A stretch of DNA of 64,000 nucleotides, taken from the NCBI RefSeq assembly GCF_055900595.2, contig NZ_CM148325.1. One strand, given 5' to 3'. This document shows positions 8,938 to 16,878 of the stretch, in pieces. The translations under genes were made by a program, and so were the position numbers. Every line of letters starts with the position of its first letter. Within the stretch, counting starts at the first letter, position 1. Under the pieces are notes generated by a model. It saw only the letters and a list, made by a program, of their open reading frames with translations, was not told where the DNA came from and made no database searches.

Positions 8938-9519
8938 ATGAAAAAAAGAGACCTTAAAAAACACCTCCGTAGTCAGATTGAATATTTTGAAGATAAGGCT
9001 GCAAAAACAGGGCTTTCCGGTAAAGAGAACATGAACTTCAGGGCACACCTCCTGACGTGGAGAATACTTAATATCACGAGAGATGGACTTGAGCCGCTAG
9101 CCTACCTGATGGAAGATGGCGAGACCCTCATACAGGATCCCAATGTGGAAATGGAGAAGAAAGAGATGGACCTGCCGATAATCGGGCTGTTTGAGATCCC
9201 TGAACTAATAGGACGTTATGAACACGAAAACCGCCAGCTTGCCGCCTTTTTATCCGTGACAATCGAACGACTGGAAACCGTGAAACACGATATTCCGTTC
9301 GGTTTTGATGAGCGCACCGAGGGTGATTTGCTCAGCTTTCAGATTGCCCTGAACGTGCTCACCGCAGAGCCTTCTGCGTGGCTACGCCCGGAACGGCACC
9401 ACAACACGTTCGCATTTACCGTAATTCCCTACGATGCCGCACAGGAAGAGGATAACTTCGAGACCAGGCTTGTTCCCCTGTATCAGATTGCGGATTTCTA
9501 TACGTTGATTCGCTGGTAA
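8938..9519 (+). CDS. Uncharacterised cargo protein (193 aa)
   Basis: ORF track; AGGAG Shine-Dalgarno; acidic, no TM, no motif I can assign; followed by an intrinsic terminator. Confidence 0.55.
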   Translation: MKKRDLKKHLRSQIEYFEDKAAKTGLSGKENMNFRAHLLTWRILNITRDGLEPLAYLMEDGETLIQDPNVEMEKKEMDLPIIGLFEIPELIGRYEHENRQLAAFLSVTIERLETVKHDIPFGFDERTEGDLLSFQIALNVLTAEPSAWLRPERHHNTFAFTVIPYDAAQEEDNFETRLVPLYQIADFYTLIRW

Positions 9520-9532
9520 TCCCCCACAGTAA

Positions 9533-9558
9533 AACAGCCCGACCGGGCTGTTTTTTTA
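9533..9558 (+). terminator. Intrinsic terminator
   Basis: ACAGCCCGACCGGGCTG hairpin followed by T7. Confidence 0.6.
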
Positions 9559-9614
9559 TCTGATATTTTTGATAACGTTGACCGGCTCATTAGCAAAAAA
9601 GCAAAGAGGAAAAC

Positions 9615-10001
9615 ATGAAAGCCCGTATCGGGATCATCCCGGAAAAAGCCCTGCGCCAGCACCTGATTGATATTGCCAGAGGGAAGCGAAAACCACAGCC
9701 CGACGAGCCAAAGGTATGGTTTTCATCCATCAATGCGGCAGGCCAGACGCTGAGCAATGAAAATATCGCCCTTCTGCGTCTTATGAATGAGGAGAAGCCG
9801 CAGACCATGACCGCACTTGCGGAGTTATCCGGCAGAAAACTGAGCAACCTGTCTGTAACCCTGAAAATGCTGAGCAGCTACGGTTTTGTCAGTCTGGAAA
9901 AGAAAGGGAATACTGTACACCCGAAAGCACTTTTTACCGATTTTGAAATCATCGTTGATCCGTCCGTGGGTTCAGTACATCGCGCCACCGCCCGGCCCTG
10001 A
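9615..10001 (+). CDS. Small winged-HTH-like DNA-binding protein (128 aa)
   Basis: ORF track; AAGAGGA Shine-Dalgarno; central segment MTALAELSGRKLSNLSVTLKMLSSYGFVSL resembles a wHTH recognition region. Confidence 0.5.
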   Translation: MKARIGIIPEKALRQHLIDIARGKRKPQPDEPKVWFSSINAAGQTLSNENIALLRLMNEEKPQTMTALAELSGRKLSNLSVTLKMLSSYGFVSLEKKGNTVHPKALFTDFEIIVDPSVGSVHRATARP

Positions 10002-10013
10002 AGTGCGCAATAA

Positions 10014-10040
10014 ACAGCCCCGTTCGGGGCTGTTATTTAT
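10014..10040. terminator. Bidirectional intrinsic terminator
   Basis: CAGCCCCGTTCGGGGCTG hairpin flanked by T-rich sequence on both strands, between convergent genes. Confidence 0.55.
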
Positions 10041-10411
10041 TCCAGAATCAGCTGTTCAGGTGTGCAGCCGTACAGTCTGGCAAGGCGCTCAATATTTGCC
10101 CTGCGCGGGCGTTCTGTTCTTTCGAATTCGGACACGGTAGCCTGCCTGATACCCAGCGCATCCGCCACCTGCTTTTGCGTCATTCCGCGATAGATTCGCC
10201 ACGCCGCCTGCATGGTGCAGCCACGTTCCGAGAGGATGTTGACCACCTCGTTGGGATACAGCGTATCAGGCGATGCACTCGGTTCGTTCTGGACGTCCTC
10301 GTAGAGTTCGTCAAGGTCGCTGTCTCCTGCCAGTTTTTCAAACAACGCCACTGGCAGAATGACGGATACCCTGTTACCCGCACCGTCAGTAATAAACTGA
10401 ATCTGACTCAT
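10037..10411 (-). CDS. HigA-like antitoxin, XRE-family HTH (124 aa)
   Basis: C-terminal HTH (MTQKQVADALGIRQATVSEFERTERPRRANIERLARLYGCTPEQL); immediately downstream of a RelE/ParE-like gene. Confidence 0.65.
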   Translation of the reverse strand: MSQIQFITDGAGNRVSVILPVALFEKLAGDSDLDELYEDVQNEPSASPDTLYPNEVVNILSERGCTMQAAWRIYRGMTQKQVADALGIRQATVSEFERTERPRRANIERLARLYGCTPEQLILE

Positions 10412-10459
10412 TTGCCCCTCCTGCTAAACATCGGTTTATTTTTTAATTTGCTGCCGGTG

Positions 10460-10484
10460 ATAAAAAACGGCGGGTCGCCCCGCC
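10460..10484 (-). terminator. Intrinsic terminator-like hairpin between toxin and antitoxin genes
   Basis: On the minus-strand transcript: GGCGGG-GCGA-CCCGCC followed by GUUUUUUAU, starting directly after the toxin stop codon. Confidence 0.45.
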
Positions 10485-10757
10485 TTAGTATGTTGTCGAG
10501 GTTCTCCGCTGAATACGGAGGATCCTGATAACCACTATCTGCCCTCCCTCAATCGTGAACCTGACACGGTAATGATTTACCCTGAGTCTGTACTCCCCGC
10601 CCGAGTCAGTGAGCTTTTTAATATCCAGATTCTGGAACTTCGGATAGCCATAAAGCGCGTTAACTTTCTCGCGTAAGGATTTCTGATCCCTCGCTGGCAA
10701 AACCCGTAAATCTTTGATTGCCCGAGGGGTCCACATGATTTCAGTCGTCATAAACAC
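10485..10757 (-). CDS. RelE/ParE-superfamily toxin, HigB-like position (90 aa; start uncertain)
   Basis: MWTPRAIKDLRVLPARDQKSLREKVNAL...YRLRVNHYRVRFTIEGGQIVVIRILRIQRR fits the RelE/ParE pattern; toxin-first gene order is HigBA-like. Confidence 0.65.
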   Translation of the reverse strand: MFMTTEIMWTPRAIKDLRVLPARDQKSLREKVNALYGYPKFQNLDIKKLTDSGGEYRLRVNHYRVRFTIEGGQIVVIRILRIQRRTSTTY

Positions 10758-10860
10758 ACCGGAAGCAAATTATTAAAGAGCCGTGCCCGCTGGCACACCT
10801 TAAATATAGGTTTTAACCCCTATATTGTCAAACAAAATCCCTATATCATGAAGTAAAAAA
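10758..10860. promoter_or_regulatory. Putative operator/promoter of the HigBA-like module
   Basis: ATATAGG-N8-CCTATAT palindrome plus a second CCCTATAT direct repeat, directly upstream of the toxin gene. Confidence 0.4.
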
Positions 10861-10879
10861 GCACCTCCCGCGACCTCCC

Positions 10880-11130
10880 TTTCCGGTGCACGAAAGTGCA
10901 CAAATTTGCACAATTTTTTTGAACGACTTTTTGCCCTTCCGGCCCGTGTGGCGTCTGGATCCGTCGGGGATCCGTGCGTGCACGAAAAAAGGCCTTTTTC
11001 TGCGCGCAGGTGACGGGGGAACAGCCCGCGTTTCAGGGGGTAAATAGCATTCCCTGAACGATGTTGCAGTGACACAACAGAATGGCTGTATTTCTCACGC
11101 TGAGCGTGAAAAAGACGTAAGGGCTTTTGA
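10880..11130. other. Palindrome-dense non-coding stretch (candidate structured RNA or protein-binding array)
   Basis: Consecutive perfect palindromes/hairpins: GTGCAC-GAAA-GTGCAC (10886-10901), GGATCC-GTCGG-GGATCC (10957-10973), CGTGCACG, AAAAAGGCCTTTTT (10986-10999), CTGCGCGCAG (10999-11008), CACGC-TGA-GCGTG (about 11096-11108). Confidence 0.4.
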
Positions 11131-11340
11131 TTTGATGGGGTGAAAGATAAGGCCGTCAAAATCGCACTGAGGCAGCGAGAATATGTCGTCAGAGTTGCGG
11201 GGTTGCGTAAGCATCCGCCCGGCGATGATGGCTACAGGGCTGGAGATGTTGTGAAATTATCTGAAGGAATAACCAGCTTGCAGGAGAACCCGGGCAAAGT
11301 CAGAATAGCGGCAGGCATCAACTCAAAAGAGGATAATGTC

Positions 11341-11844
11341 ATGAGCCACTTTAATGATTTATGCCAGATCAATCGTGAAGCTGAAGAAAAACGCGCTGAG
11401 GCAGCTCAAATTTTGCGGGATGAAGCGGCAAGGCTGATTGATTTCTATGAAGAATGGCTGGGGCTTCCATCCATGTACTGGGAAGACGATGATGGCGACC
11501 TGCACCGCTACGTGGAGACAGGCTTGCCATGTAAGACAGCGGCGGATTTTAGTCCTCTTTCAGTCCACAATATCGCATCTGCACCAGACAATATTTTCCG
11601 CATGGCCGTACGAACCTGGGTTAAGTCATCTGACAGCAGCTACCCGGTAAGCGTGGTTATTGCACTTGAATTATATTCAGTAGATGCGGAACGGGTGTCT
11701 CTGAGAGTCCGGGTGGAAGACGATATTTCTGTTCGCGTATTTATCAATAAACCCAGCGAAGAAGCCTGGGGCGATGTTGTTATGCACATGAAAAAGCACA
11801 TCGCTAATCACCTGAAAAAGCGAGCGCCATCAGCACTTCGTTAA
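11341..11844 (+). CDS. Uncharacterised cargo protein (167 aa from ATG 11341; ORF track gives a 234-aa version from GTG 11140)
   Basis: Strong AAGAGGA Shine-Dalgarno before ATG 11341; sits in the position P2 uses for old, next to the portal gene; followed by the palindrome GGGGCATAAATTTTTTATGCCCC. Confidence 0.5.
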   Translation: MSHFNDLCQINREAEEKRAEAAQILRDEAARLIDFYEEWLGLPSMYWEDDDGDLHRYVETGLPCKTAADFSPLSVHNIASAPDNIFRMAVRTWVKSSDSSYPVSVVIALELYSVDAERVSLRVRVEDDISVRVFINKPSEEAWGDVVMHMKKHIANHLKKRAPSALR

Positions 11845-11910
11845 GCAGAGCTGGAGAGTCGGGGCATAAATTTTTTATGCCCCGGCGAAGCAGCAGACAA
11901 GCGAAGCGCG

Positions 11911-12966
11911 TCAGGATATGGGCCGGGTGTCTAACAGTGCGTAAGGGTTAAAACGGATCACCTCTTCGCCCAGCCAGTCGTTGACGTGTTTCATTGCTTC
12001 CATGACGGGCATCAGTTCGTTAATGGCAAACACACGGGCTGCCTTCTCCACATCCCCGAATGACCCCTTCTCACCCGGCATGGCCCCCATCAGCTGAGGT
12101 GGCACGCGGTGCACAGCCAGCACGTCATCACGCGATGCGGCCTTGACGTTCATGAACTCATCCTTTGCGGTGATTTGCTGAAACGGCAAAATCTGTACGC
12201 CATCCTTACCACCTCCCGCCGCGTGGATGAGCAGATTTTTAAACGCCCCGCCACCACGCGCGCTTTGCAGTGTTTCCCGCAGTTTTTCCATGCTTTCACG
12301 GTCAACCTGCGCCGCACCGATGTAGACAATACAGCCCGCGTGTGAGCCGTTATCGTAGTAGAGCTTGCGGAAGATATCGGCGGAATGTGACAGGCTGGCA
12401 GACAGCAGGCCGCCCAGGTAATCCGGCATCCCGTAAATCTCCTGGTTGATATCAGGATTCATCAGGTGGCATATCGTCCCCTCACGAAAGCGGTACTCTT
12501 CCTGTCCTTCCTGTATATACCACCATGATTTCATATCGCTGCCACGTCGCATGTATTTCGCCAGCGCCCGGCGCAGGGCCAGCGGTTCGCCAAGCATGTT
12601 GCGCCGCAGCTCAAGACAGGCATTACCGAACACAAACCAGTCCATCGCCACCCCGGCGAACTCCTGGCGGGACAGCAGAGGATGTGGAATATAGCAGCCC
12701 AGCAGCACATTACGTTTGAAGCTGAGCGCCGACTGGTGCCAGGACGTCTGGCGGGCAGCCCGTGCCAGTCCGTACCAGTCAACGGGCGTTTCAAACCACC
12801 GCCCGTTGTCGGCGCAGTACATGCTGTCCAGCAGGTCGGCCCCTGACAGCCGGTAAGGTCCTTCAAACGTGAAGGCACTCAGTGTCGGGTCGCTTCGCAG
12901 GGAATCCGCAAGGCTGCCCTGCGCTGCGCGGGCGTTCGTACGTCGTTGTTTATTTTTTCTGCTCAT
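11911..12966 (-). CDS. Q: Portal protein, P2 gpQ family
   Basis: 351-aa ORF divergent from the capsid operon and adjacent to the terminase large subunit, as in P2. Confidence 0.8.
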   Translation of the reverse strand: MSRKNKQRRTNARAAQGSLADSLRSDPTLSAFTFEGPYRLSGADLLDSMYCADNGRWFETPVDWYGLARAARQTSWHQSALSFKRNVLLGCYIPHPLLSRQEFAGVAMDWFVFGNACLELRRNMLGEPLALRRALAKYMRRGSDMKSWWYIQEGQEEYRFREGTICHLMNPDINQEIYGMPDYLGGLLSASLSHSADIFRKLYYDNGSHAGCIVYIGAAQVDRESMEKLRETLQSARGGGAFKNLLIHAAGGGKDGVQILPFQQITAKDEFMNVKAASRDDVLAVHRVPPQLMGAMPGEKGSFGDVEKAARVFAINELMPVMEAMKHVNDWLGEEVIRFNPYALLDTRPIS

Positions 12967-14717
12967 CAGAACTCCGTAACACTGAAGGGGGCGGCATCAT
13001 GTTCACCGCCGACAGGTTCGTTGATAACGGCCAGCATGGTGGCCCATGCAAGATCGCCATGGCTTACGCCTCTTGCGCGATCTGTTTCGTAGGTGATAAA
13101 TCCGGCCTGCGTTTTTGTTTTGCGTACCGCGTTAAAGGCGCTCACCAGTTCGCGCTCGCTGCGGTCGTACTCCCACCGCCCGGCGCGCATGAGCTGCAGC
13201 ATCTTCAGAACCAGCGTGCGCTTTGATGACAGGGTGAAGGTGTAGGGAATGGCTGCCGGAAAAAAGCGCTTCACAATCTGATACACCGCATCCCCGTGAC
13301 CGCCGGTTACGTCAATACCGATATGCTCAACGTTATAGCGAAAGGTGAACTCTTCAATCACCTTCGCCTGCGCCTCAAACTCCAGCCCCTGCACCCGCCG
13401 CGTCTCCACGGTGCGAAAACGCCCGCCCGGTACGGCTGGCGGCACCACCACGACAACCGCCCCGCTGTCACCGTTCCCGCTACTGCCGTTGGCGTCGTAC
13501 CCAATCCACACAGGGCGGTTCCCCATCGGACGCGGTGCAAACGGCTTCCAGTCCGGCCACTCGTCGTATCCGTCAACACCGCAGCCAATCAGGATATTCA
13601 GGTTAAATGCCGATTCCCCTTCGCGAGCAAATTCACACATGTAGAGATTGCGGAACTCGTCTTCAGTGTTATTGCGCCGGATTTTGTCAATGTTGGTTAA
13701 CGTCCATCCCTGACTGACCACATCTTCCAGCGTCACAATTTGCCGCCAGATATAGTCAGGACAGATAAGGCCGTTATGAAGCGCATTCCAGCTCACATCA
13801 AAATGCTGACGTTTATGAGTACGAAGCCCTTCATTCCAGTGATCGCCGTTCCAGTATGCATACGCCTCATGTGTTTCACTTGATGGCGTGGAAAAATAGG
13901 TACACCGCAAACCATCCAGCGTTGCCATAGCAGCAGCCACCTTGCGCAGCTCTGCGAAACGCCCCGTCCAGAAAAACTCATCAAAATACAGATTCCCTGT
14001 GTACGCTTGCGCGGTGGCCGCAGAAGTGCCGAGAAAATGCAGCTCTGCACCGTTGGAGAGGATGACTTTATCGCCCCCTTTCAGTTCCACATCAACTTCA
14101 GATGCAGCCTTCTGAATAATGCTTTTAAACTGGAGCGCCTGACGACGAGACGCAGACAAAAAAATCTGGTTACGCTGGTAAGGTTGTGCCACATCGTCAC
14201 GCAGCGCCATCAGCAGCGCTTCCTGCGCAAAATACCAGGTCGCCCCAATCTGGCGGGATTTCAGGATCATCCTGTCAGTAATTCCGGCACGCTCACAGGC
14301 ACCGATAGCATCAAGCCATTTGCGCTGGTGTCCGGCCAGCCTGTCGGTAATTTTTTCCCGCAGCGCCGCGATCTGTTCCGGCGTGAAATGATTTTTGTGT
14401 TTTTTCGCCCGGCCTTTCTTTCCTGTTGCCGTCTCATCCGGCAGACCGTCATGCAGCTTTTTAAGCTGACGGGTCAGCAAATCAATTTCCTTAAAGTCCC
14501 CGCCTGTTTTATTCTGTTTTTCCGTGAGCTGAATGAGTCGCGCATCCATGGACTGCGTGACACGCTGAACCGGGGGCGTCTCATCCCACTGGTCGCGTTT
14601 TTTCCACGAATGGATCGTGTTCTGGTTGATACCCATAAGGCGGGAAATTTCCGCAACAGGGTAACCCTGCCAGTACAGCTGGCGTGCCCGCTGGCGAACA
14701 AATGTATCCTGAATCAT
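12966..14717 (-). CDS. P: Terminase large (ATPase) subunit, P2 gpP family
   Basis: 583 aa with an N-terminal HTH (YWQGYPVAEISRLMGINQNTIHSW); position matches P2 P. Confidence 0.85.
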   Translation of the reverse strand: MIQDTFVRQRARQLYWQGYPVAEISRLMGINQNTIHSWKKRDQWDETPPVQRVTQSMDARLIQLTEKQNKTGGDFKEIDLLTRQLKKLHDGLPDETATGKKGRAKKHKNHFTPEQIAALREKITDRLAGHQRKWLDAIGACERAGITDRMILKSRQIGATWYFAQEALLMALRDDVAQPYQRNQIFLSASRRQALQFKSIIQKAASEVDVELKGGDKVILSNGAELHFLGTSAATAQAYTGNLYFDEFFWTGRFAELRKVAAAMATLDGLRCTYFSTPSSETHEAYAYWNGDHWNEGLRTHKRQHFDVSWNALHNGLICPDYIWRQIVTLEDVVSQGWTLTNIDKIRRNNTEDEFRNLYMCEFAREGESAFNLNILIGCGVDGYDEWPDWKPFAPRPMGNRPVWIGYDANGSSGNGDSGAVVVVVPPAVPGGRFRTVETRRVQGLEFEAQAKVIEEFTFRYNVEHIGIDVTGGHGDAVYQIVKRFFPAAIPYTFTLSSKRTLVLKMLQLMRAGRWEYDRSERELVSAFNAVRKTKTQAGFITYETDRARGVSHGDLAWATMLAVINEPVGGEHDAAPFSVTEF

Positions 14718-14871
14718 TTCTCCCCCTCATGTGATTCAGGCAGTTTACTCACCCCTTACAGGCCTCCTGCCATGCCCGGTGTTGTCGGCATTCGCTTACA
14801 ACAAACGCACTTTGTCTGTCCCTGCCCCGTTTTGCCATCATGAGACAAACGATCATCACGAGGGCCCGACA

Positions 14872-15708
14872 ATGCCTGAACAGAAAAAAACATCCCGTAA
14901 AACATTCCGCGTGGCCGTTTCCGGTCCCACCGCAGACGGTCGCGAAATCAGTGCCGCAGATTTGCGCGCGGCGGCCAGTAACTTCAACCCTGAGATTTAC
15001 GGCGCACGCGTGAACGTGGAGCACTGGCTTTCACCGGTTCCGTCCAGTGAATTTTCCGCCATGGGTGATGTGACGGCACTGAGCACAGAAGAAATCACCG
15101 AAGGTCCGCTGGTCGGTCGTACTGCGCTGTATGCGGAAATCGAACCCACCGACCGCATGAAAAATCTGGTCTCCCGGGGTAAGAAAATTTACTCCAGTAT
15201 TGAGCTGGCACGAAATTTCACCCCTACGGGCACCCCGTATCTTATTGGCCTTGCCATGACAGACACCCCGGCAAGCATCGGCACGGAGCGTCTTCAGTTC
15301 GCCCTGCAGCAGCGCCGTTCGGTCATGACCTTCAATAATCAGCAGACGGAAGCACCGATGTTCTCTGACGCCATTGAGGCTGAAGTGATCGAACTGACGG
15401 AGCGCCGCAGCGAGGAAGGTGCGCAGTGGTTTAACCGCGTGATGAACATGATTGGGCGAGGACGCAGGGCTGACGACACCCGGTTCTCCCGCATTCATGA
15501 CGCCGTTGAGGGGATAGCCTCATCGCATGCCGACCTTCTCGACCGCTTCAGTGCACTGGAATCGCGCCATCAGGCAGACAGACAGAAAGTCGCCACCCTG
15601 TCCACTGAGCTGGCAGAGCTGAAAAACAGACTGCGCGGACTGGACGCTGATCAGCAAAGTCGTTTTACGGCAACCGGCGGGCAGTCCAGACAACTGGCTG
15701 ACTACTGA
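14872..15708 (+). CDS. O: Capsid scaffolding protein, P2 gpO family
   Basis: From ATG 14872 (MPEQKKTSRKTFRVAVSGPTADGREISAADL...); matches recalled gpO N-terminus; the ORF track version starts earlier at a GTG. Confidence 0.8.
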   Translation: MPEQKKTSRKTFRVAVSGPTADGREISAADLRAAASNFNPEIYGARVNVEHWLSPVPSSEFSAMGDVTALSTEEITEGPLVGRTALYAEIEPTDRMKNLVSRGKKIYSSIELARNFTPTGTPYLIGLAMTDTPASIGTERLQFALQQRRSVMTFNNQQTEAPMFSDAIEAEVIELTERRSEEGAQWFNRVMNMIGRGRRADDTRFSRIHDAVEGIASSHADLLDRFSALESRHQADRQKVATLSTELAELKNRLRGLDADQQSRFTATGGQSRQLADY

Positions 15709-15736
15709 CAGAAATAACCACAAGAGGTGATAACCG

Positions 15737-16876
15737 ATGAATCTGATCATGAGCGATGCCGCGCGGGCCGAGCTTTTTGCTTACCAGGCACAACAGGCAG
15801 AGATGAATAACATCACGATATCTGCGCTCTCCTCCCGCTTTTCGGTACAACCGGCAGTGCAGCAGAGATTTGAAAACGCATCAAAGGAAAGCCATGATTT
15901 TCTTCAGAAAGTCAACAGCATTGGTGTGACAGAGCAGAAAGGTGAAAAGGTACTCCTGGACACCACCGGGCCGGTTGCGCGCACGAACAGCAGTTATGAC
16001 GGCACAAATCGTCGTAACCCGCTGAATGTGGTGGACATGAAAGCGCGACGCTATGAGTGCGAGCAGGTGAACTACGACACCTTCATCTCCTACCCTCAGC
16101 TTGACATGTGGGCCGGACACCCTGACTTCCAGCTGCGTGTGAGTCGCCAGATTGCCAGACAGGTGGCACTTGATCGCATCATGACAGGTTTTAACGGTAC
16201 GCACCATGCGGAAGTCTCGGATATAAAAAAACACCCGCGACTTGAGGACGTCAATAAGGGGTGGCTGCAGGATATCAGGGACCAGGCCCCGCAACGCGTC
16301 ATGAAAGACGTGATGCTGACTGCGCGCAATATGGACAATTCGGTGGCATACACCGGCAGATACGCCAATCCCGATGCACTGATCCAGGATGCACGCTCAT
16401 CCCTGCTTGACGAATGGCACAAGGACGCAGACGACCTCGTTGTCATCATGGGGCGAAACCTCTTTAACTCCCTGCGCCTGCCGGTCCTGAACAGTATCAG
16501 CATGCAGAATCCGAATGCCGAACTGCTTGCCGGACAGCTCATTGTGTCAACGCGGACCATTGGCGGCCTTGATGTGTACCTTGCGCCATTTTTCCCGGCT
16601 CAGTCAATACTCATCACCTCATTCAGCAACCTGTCGGTTTACTGGCAGAAGGGGTCCATGCGTCGTCTCATGAAGGATGAGCCCGAATACAACCGTATCG
16701 CCATCTATCAGTCCGTTAACGACTGCTATGTGGTTGAGGACCATGGTAAGTGCGCACTGATTGAGAATATCAGCTTTGCCGAATATGACCATGACGCGCC
16801 GGACTGGTACCGGGACGCCACAAAAGCACTGTCAGCGCAGGCTGAAGACAGGGATGCAGGGGAAGAGGAGGATTAA
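15737..16876 (+). CDS. N: Major capsid protein, P2 gpN family
   Basis: 379 aa; several segments match the recalled P2 N sequence (for example KYECDQ...DFQLR...MAGFNG and the C-terminal DYVVED). Confidence 0.85.
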   Translation: MNLIMSDAARAELFAYQAQQAEMNNITISALSSRFSVQPAVQQRFENASKESHDFLQKVNSIGVTEQKGEKVLLDTTGPVARTNSSYDGTNRRNPLNVVDMKARRYECEQVNYDTFISYPQLDMWAGHPDFQLRVSRQIARQVALDRIMTGFNGTHHAEVSDIKKHPRLEDVNKGWLQDIRDQAPQRVMKDVMLTARNMDNSVAYTGRYANPDALIQDARSSLLDEWHKDADDLVVIMGRNLFNSLRLPVLNSISMQNPNAELLAGQLIVSTRTIGGLDVYLAPFFPAQSILITSFSNLSVYWQKGSMRRLMKDEPEYNRIAIYQSVNDCYVVEDHGKCALIENISFAEYDHDAPDWYRDATKALSAQAEDRDAGEEED

Positions 16877-16878
16877 CC

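Noticed and set aside
8823-8940. Possible roughly 50-aa small ORF (TTG or GTG start) just upstream of the 193-aa gene
   Set aside because: The displayed sequence and the ORF track disagree by one base at the 8937-8940 junction, so the frame cannot be fixed reliably.
10800-11159. 119-aa minus-strand ORF across the palindrome-dense region
   Set aside because: No ribosome-binding site and a translation dominated by the palindromes themselves; the region is better explained as non-coding.
10880-11844. Retron or type III toxin-antitoxin reading of the hairpin block plus downstream gene
   Set aside because: No reverse transcriptase gene or YADD-type motif nearby for a retron, and the block has palindromes rather than the tandem direct repeats of a ToxI-type RNA antitoxin; the downstream protein does not resemble ToxN or AbiQ as far as I can recall.
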